This document shows positions 17,369-21,480 of a stretch of 21,480 nt of DNA, piece after piece (within the stretch, counting starts at the first letter, position 1; each line of letters opens with the position of its first letter). A program made the position numbers and the translations under genes. Source of the DNA: Candidatus Bathyarchaeota archaeon (GTDB lineage Archaea > Thermoproteota > Bathyarchaeia > TCS64); contig JBDRQD010000040.1 in NCBI GenBank assembly GCA_043826455.1, forward strand, positions 1 through 21,480, read 5' to 3'. The notes under the pieces were generated by a model, which was not told the DNA's origin, ran no database searches, and saw only the letters and a program-made list of their open reading frames with translations.

Positions 17369-18601
17369 CTAGTATTGAAGATCGGTGTAAACATAGTTTG
17401 TGTGTGTAATAGAGTCCCAGTTCTCCCAGCTTATTGTACCGCCTAGCTTCAAGTTCGAGTTCCAGGGAGATGGATCGTAGATGTATAGGCTTCTTGTTTC
17501 CGTTGAGCCGAACTTGAACTTACTGTAGCCAGCGCATGCTCTTGCGTGTCCGGGGATCCCCGATTTTAATGGCTTCAACTGGTCGATCTGTGTCTTAGCT
17601 TTGTCCCAAGTCGGGCTGTTGTCAAAGGTTGCGTCTAGGTGGTTGCTTGTCAAGCTCTTGTACCCGGCGCTCTGGTCGCTTGGGCAGCCTCCTGAAGAGT
17701 AGTTTAGGTGGGGTGCTATATCGTCCTGAGAGTAATAGTATCGGTAGTAGCATAGGATCATCTGGCAGGTGGCCACGGCACAGTAGTCCCATTCCTCCTG
17801 GGCGTGAAGCTGGAAGCAGTGGTGACCTGTTGTGCCGGTCGGCTTAACCATGATTGAAGCGAACGCATCGTTGTAATGCTCGCAGAACTGTAGCTTCCGG
17901 CCTGTCTCGTAGATAAATACACGTTGAAGATCTTTAACGTAGTCCAGGTACTGTTTGGATGAGAGGCTCAACTTGGATGCTAGAGCGGTTAAAACTTTCT
18001 TAGGCGCTCTTTCTCTTAGGTCTTCTATTTCTTTATATCTTTGCAGCCTCTTGTCTCTCTCCCTTGATGAGAGTTGTTCATAGAAGGACCACGCGTAGGC
18101 TCCTTCAACGTCTTTATCTGGTTTCCCGATGGGGACTTGTGCCATGCTGGGTAGATCTAGTATCACCTTTTTGGATTCGCCTTTTTCTCTGACTGTGAAC
18201 ATTGCTCCAAGCTTTGGGTAACTGTAGCAGACAAGCTTCGGTTTAGTGATTCTTCCTCTTGGGTGTTTTTTCTTTACTTGATTCGTTGCCTCTCGAATTG
18301 CTTCTTGTGTGTTGAATTTTGGTCCGCCTATCTCGTATCTGATTACTGGGTCTCCCAGTACTTTGCTGGCTGCTGCTCTAACTATGCCTACTGTATTTCT
18401 ACCTTTTTTTAGGATGTAGTCGTAGAATAGGGGTTTCCCATTAATATCGTGAATTGTTAAAGGCGTTTTTAATATGCTGGTCTGAGATAGGTACTTTATT
18501 TCGTTTACAGGTTGGTTTCTATCTCTTAGTAGTTTTAGACCTATGTGTTCTCGTATCTGTTCTTTGGGAATGTAATGTCTTTCTTCACTTACATTCGACA
18601 T
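17369..18601 (-). CDS. Papain-like cysteine peptidase (C39-like) with large N-terminal domain
   Basis: Q-x4-C (AQEEWDYCAVATCQMIL), SQDDIA, catalytic His GHARACAGY, YIYDP; no hydrophobic signal peptide. Confidence 0.82.
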   Translation of the reverse strand: MSNVSEERHYIPKEQIREHIGLKLLRDRNQPVNEIKYLSQTSILKTPLTIHDINGKPLFYDYILKKGRNTVGIVRAAASKVLGDPVIRYEIGGPKFNTQEAIREATNQVKKKHPRGRITKPKLVCYSYPKLGAMFTVREKGESKKVILDLPSMAQVPIGKPDKDVEGAYAWSFYEQLSSRERDKRLQRYKEIEDLRERAPKKVLTALASKLSLSSKQYLDYVKDLQRVFIYETGRKLQFCEHYNDAFASIMVKPTGTTGHHCFQLHAQEEWDYCAVATCQMILCYYRYYYSQDDIAPHLNYSSGGCPSDQSAGYKSLTSNHLDATFDNSPTWDKAKTQIDQLKPLKSGIPGHARACAGYSKFKFGSTETRSLYIYDPSPWNSNLKLGGTISWENWDSITHTNYVYTDLQY

Positions 18602-18741
18602 TTTTTATCCAATACTGGGGTGGGAAGCATTTTATTTAAGGATGAAGTTTATGAAACTTTAACTAAATACTGCATTTATCTGATAATTCGCTTGTTTTAG
18701 ATGAGTTGGACTGAGAGTTTTTCTGTTCGCGTGCGCACCAT

Positions 18742-18963
18742 TTATGGATTTCTGATCCTGTTCATCTTGTATCTTTGAATTTGGGTCTCAAGTTCCTGTC
18801 TAATTTTTCTGATTTCACTTTCATGGGCCTTAAACTCCGACACTAAATCGGTAAGTAACTCAATATTAGCGTCAGTGACTTTTTTTGATAATAACTCTTG
18901 TTGGGCCTTGGATGTAAACGCTGTGCGATTTGACTTATAATCATCATGTGCATCCACTTCCAT
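18742..18963 (-). CDS. Small helical hypothetical protein (paralog of 19102-19353)
   Basis: 73 aa; TTTTAAA ~26 nt upstream; shares LLS..V...N...L...V.....HE.EIR..RQ.....I..Y with its neighbour. Confidence 0.7.
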   Translation of the reverse strand: MEVDAHDDYKSNRTAFTSKAQQELLSKKVTDANIELLTDLVSEFKAHESEIRKIRQELETQIQRYKMNRIRNP

Positions 18964-19101
18964 AGCCCCCCACTTCTATTCTGAGTTGTTTTTAAAATGC
19001 TTTAGGAAGTATGACTATAGACCCCCTGTAGCAATTAATGGCTGCGGGTGTGCCTGTGAAAGTCTAACCTTTTTTATTTTTTCCGTTCTTCTCGTTTAGG
19101 A

Positions 19102-19353
19102 ATGAACGATGTTAATGCAAGGGTAGAGCTCCTGGTGAGCGCGGACTGTCCTGTGAAACAGTTGTCTGACTTGTTGTCTGGGATGGATGTGTCAGCTGAA
19201 AACGTTTCCGAGTTGGAGAATATTGTTACTCTTTTGGAGATGCATGAGGATGAGATCAGGCGGCTGAGGCAGGGCGTCGTTCTTCGTATACGTGAATATG
19301 TTCTTGCATCCTATTCTGATGGTTTGAGGAGGAAAAGAGGTAAACCAGATTAG
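19102..19353 (+). CDS. Small helical hypothetical protein (paralog of 18742-18963)
   Basis: 83 aa; T-rich TATA-like box ~25 nt upstream; HEDEIRRLRQ matches HESEIRKIRQ. Confidence 0.7.
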   Translation: MNDVNARVELLVSADCPVKQLSDLLSGMDVSAENVSELENIVTLLEMHEDEIRRLRQGVVLRIREYVLASYSDGLRRKRGKPD

Positions 19354-19366
19354 GTGGTGCGCACAT

Positions 19367-19498
19367 GCTCTTCAAGGCCTCATTGTCCTCGGGGGTTGGG
19401 TCCTCTGTAGTGATGTGCTGTTCGGCGATCTTCTTGTAGAGGAGGCGTAGCTGGTGGAGTTCCTGGCGTATGGTTTATGGGTCGGATGTGTCGGTCAC
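19367..19498 (-). pseudogene. Inactivated copy of the RelE-associated antitoxin
   Basis: GTG ACC GAC ACA TCC GAC CCA TAA (codon 8 is GAA in copy 1), then TIRQELHQLRLLYKKIAEQHI...; truncated at 19367. Confidence 0.85.
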
Positions 19499-19765
19499 GT
19501 GGTTTTTGTGTGCTTTCGGAGGGTGATGAATGTTTCTGGGGCGGCTCAGGCTCGGCGCGGGGTTTGGGCGGAGTATAGGAAGGGTGTAATTTGTGGGGGT
19601 TGAAGCGGTTAGGTGGGTGTGTTTTTGAGGTTCAGTGTGATCGTGGAGAGGGACCGGGATGGGGTCTACGTGGGGTCCGTGCCTGAGCTTCCGGGGTGCC
19701 ACACTCAGGCTGGGACGGTCGATGAGCTGATGATGCGGATGCGGGAGGCCGTGGAGCTGTACATG
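19367..19765 (+). repeat. ~400 bp direct repeat, copy 2
   Basis: Colinear with 16321-16718. Confidence 0.92.
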
Positions 19766-20008
19766 GAGGTCGAGGAGGGGGGTCGGGAGCGTGGTCGTCG
19801 TCATCGTTTTTCCCTGTTTTCGGGTTTGTTTTCGTGTTCAGAGGCTTTTTCAGGGTTTTTAGGCGGCGACTTCCATGGGCTGGTATCCGTGGAGTGCTCC
19901 TTGTTCGACGGGGGTGTGGTGATGGGAAATAGCTTTAAATTGGGAAAAAAAATAATAATTAAAAAATATCAGGCATCTTATATTCTATATACGCCATCAT
20001 TAATTTAA
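19625..20008 (+). CDS. hicB: HicB-like antitoxin copy 2 with aberrant read-through tail (possible pseudogene)
   Basis: TTG start 19625; near-identical to 16578-16718, then runs through an intergenic repeat and overlaps the convergent DUF4186 gene; no hicA. Confidence 0.65.
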   Translation: MRFSVIVERDRDGVYVGSVPELPGCHTQAGTVDELMMRMREAVELYMEVEEGGRERGRRHRFSLFSGLFSCSEAFSGFLGGDFHGLVSVECSLFDGGVVMGNSFKLGKKIIIKKYQASYILYTPSLI

Positions 20009-20525
20009 GTAGATAGTTTTTTTCATCTTCACTCAAAGATCGATTTCTATCAATATCATACCATTCTTCTATACATTTCCTACAACAAGCTGCTATAGCA
20101 TGTTGCGCGTAGAAAACGATGTTTCCCTGTAGTGGTGTTTGTATTCCATCTCTAAACAAGTCTTTTTGAGCTGGTGCTATGTATTTATTAATCCTCTTTT
20201 CTGCCCATTTTCTAATTCCGTCTGGTCCCATTTTTTTGGCTTTTTTAATTGCTTTTTCATCAATTTCTATATGTTCCCAATAATGATGTCTGAAAAATTC
20301 GTATTTCAAAGCTTTAACGGTATAATTGACATCACCTAGATCTTTTTTATCCAATCTAGTCCAGTCAATAAGATCAGCTCCGCAATCTTTACAGACTCCA
20401 AGTCGGTACGTTTCATCCTTTTTTGGTCCTACTCTCTTAAAGCAATGAAGATCGTTTTTACAATCAGTTGATGTGCACCGAATTTTCTTTTCTACAGGCT
20501 TTGTTTGTTTCCAATCTTCACTCAT
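19959..20525 (-). CDS. DUF4186 family protein with N-terminal Cys/His-rich extension
   Basis: DGIQTP..G..VFYAQHA.A.CCRKC...W..I signature; N-terminal CTSTDC...HCF and CKDC. Confidence 0.8.
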   Translation of the reverse strand: MSEDWKQTKPVEKKIRCTSTDCKNDLHCFKRVGPKKDETYRLGVCKDCGADLIDWTRLDKKDLGDVNYTVKALKYEFFRHHYWEHIEIDEKAIKKAKKMGPDGIRKWAEKRINKYIAPAQKDLFRDGIQTPLQGNIVFYAQHAIAACCRKCIEEWYDIDRNRSLSEDEKNYLLKLMMAYIEYKMPDIF

Positions 20526-20538
20526 TCTCTCTCACCCA

Positions 20539-21480
20539 CTATGTTTTACTATTATAACTAATTAATGCTCTTCTTAATAAATCCAAGTCCAAACTTGAGA
20601 TTCGGCTGAAATCTATATAGTTAAGAAGAACATCCCTAGCAATTTTTTGAATATCTTCTTCTGTCTTTTGTAGGTTTCTGGCGGAGCCCCAGAAATTTTG
20701 GCCATCTTGAGCTACTTTAAAAGCCACCAAGTTCGCCAAAACATCTACTTGAACTCCTTCTTTCTTAGCTACGTTAATCACAACTTGTTTTAAATATGGT
20801 AAATTGTAGTTTGCCTCTTCAAGACACTTATGTATTAATGGATCTGGTGCTTCACCAAGTAGTACAGCGCCTGAGAATAAACTGGCTTCGACTTCTTCAT
20901 TAAAAGATTCTTCATCCTCAATAGTGAGATTTTGCAGATCTTCAATTTCGACAATTTTGTCTTCTATATCATGTTGATGAAGTATTACGTGTCTGAGTTC
21001 GTGAAATAAACTGAATAACCATAAAGCTGGCGATTTAGTTCTATGATTAATAATTAACAAACTTCTACCTTTTTTACGTATAAATAAACCATGGAATCCT
21101 CCAGGTTCATTTATTGATAGTACAGGTATTCCTGCATCCCAAAAAAAGCGTAAAGAATTTTCTATATTTATTGAACTATATTTATTTAGTATTTTTTCTC
21201 TGATCTTATAAGGATTGTCTGGTAATTCAATTTGTTTTAGATGCTCTGTTGATTTAAATATTATTTGACCAAGATAATTTGAATAAAATGTGTAAGCTAG
21301 CGTTCTTTTTTGGGAAACTTTTTTTGGAGCTTTAAATTTGATATTGCCTAATATTGAAGTATTCATTGATAGTTGCTCATTGTTAATAATTTGATTTAGA
21401 CTCCAGCCAAAAATTTTTCCAATTTGTGCAATTACCTGAATGCTAAAACTATTCAAAGATTTAGGTTGGTCTTCAGATAA
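20539..21480 (-). CDS. ImmA/IrrE (M78-like) metallopeptidase domain protein, 5' partial
   Basis: GIPV, FHG, F.LFHELRH (HExxH), EVEASLFSGAVL; the frame stays open to the window edge (LSEDQPKSLNSF). Confidence 0.82.
   Translation of the reverse strand, partial: LSEDQPKSLNSFSIQVIAQIGKIFGWSLNQIINNEQLSMNTSILGNIKFKAPKKVSQKRTLAYTFYSNYLGQIIFKSTEHLKQIELPDNPYKIREKILNKYSSINIENSLRFFWDAGIPVLSINEPGGFHGLFIRKKGRSLLIINHRTKSPALWLFSLFHELRHVILHQHDIEDKIVEIEDLQNLTIEDEESFNEEVEASLFSGAVLLGEAPDPLIHKCLEEANYNLPYLKQVVINVAKKEGVQVDVLANLVAFKVAQDGQNFWGSARNLQKTEEDIQKIARDVLLNYIDFSRISSLDLDLLRRALISYNSKT

Larger units (their letters stand above)
18731..19364. repeat. 10-bp inverted repeat GTGCGCACCA / TGGTGCGCAC flanking a divergent gene pair
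   Basis: 18731-18740 and 19355-19364, each 1 nt past a stop codon. Confidence 0.7.

Noticed and set aside
16719..19366. Calling the insert an IS element or integron array
   Set aside because: No transposase or integrase, no long terminal inverted repeats, target-site duplication or attC-like hairpins are visible; kept only as a hypothesis in the findings.
19475..19804. 109-aa minus-strand ORF
   Set aside because: Antisense to hicB copy 2 and its promoter; it only reuses the premature stop of the antitoxin pseudogene.

Overview
Archaeal genomic window. Leaderless TATA promoters and GGTGA Shine-Dalgarno sites are seen directly; a Bathyarchaeia-like origin is inferred from gene content. Bases 1-13.3 kb are GC-rich core DNA: a D-aminoacylase-family amidohydrolase, a C45 Ntn-hydrolase, tldD/tldE, and a divergent six-gene module of four membrane proteins (one DUF6754-like) facing a GlmL-like ASKHA ATPase and a translationally coupled partner, with no glutamate mutase subunits in view. 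After a gene-free, repeat-bearing spacer at 13.35-13.93 kb the DNA becomes an accessory mosaic with strong G+T plus-strand skew. It holds a creatininase, one RelE toxin-antitoxin pair plus several orphan or degenerate antitoxins, and a ~400 bp direct repeat bracketing a 2.65 kb insert. The insert encodes a papain-like (C39-like) protease followed by a stand-alone paralog of its own N-terminal domain (candidate protease-inhibitor pair), and a divergent paralogous gene pair each ending in an identical TGGTGCGCAC motif. The window ends in an AT-rich ImmA/IrrE-like metallopeptidase plus DUF4186 module. All family calls come from motif recognition by eye, not from database searches.
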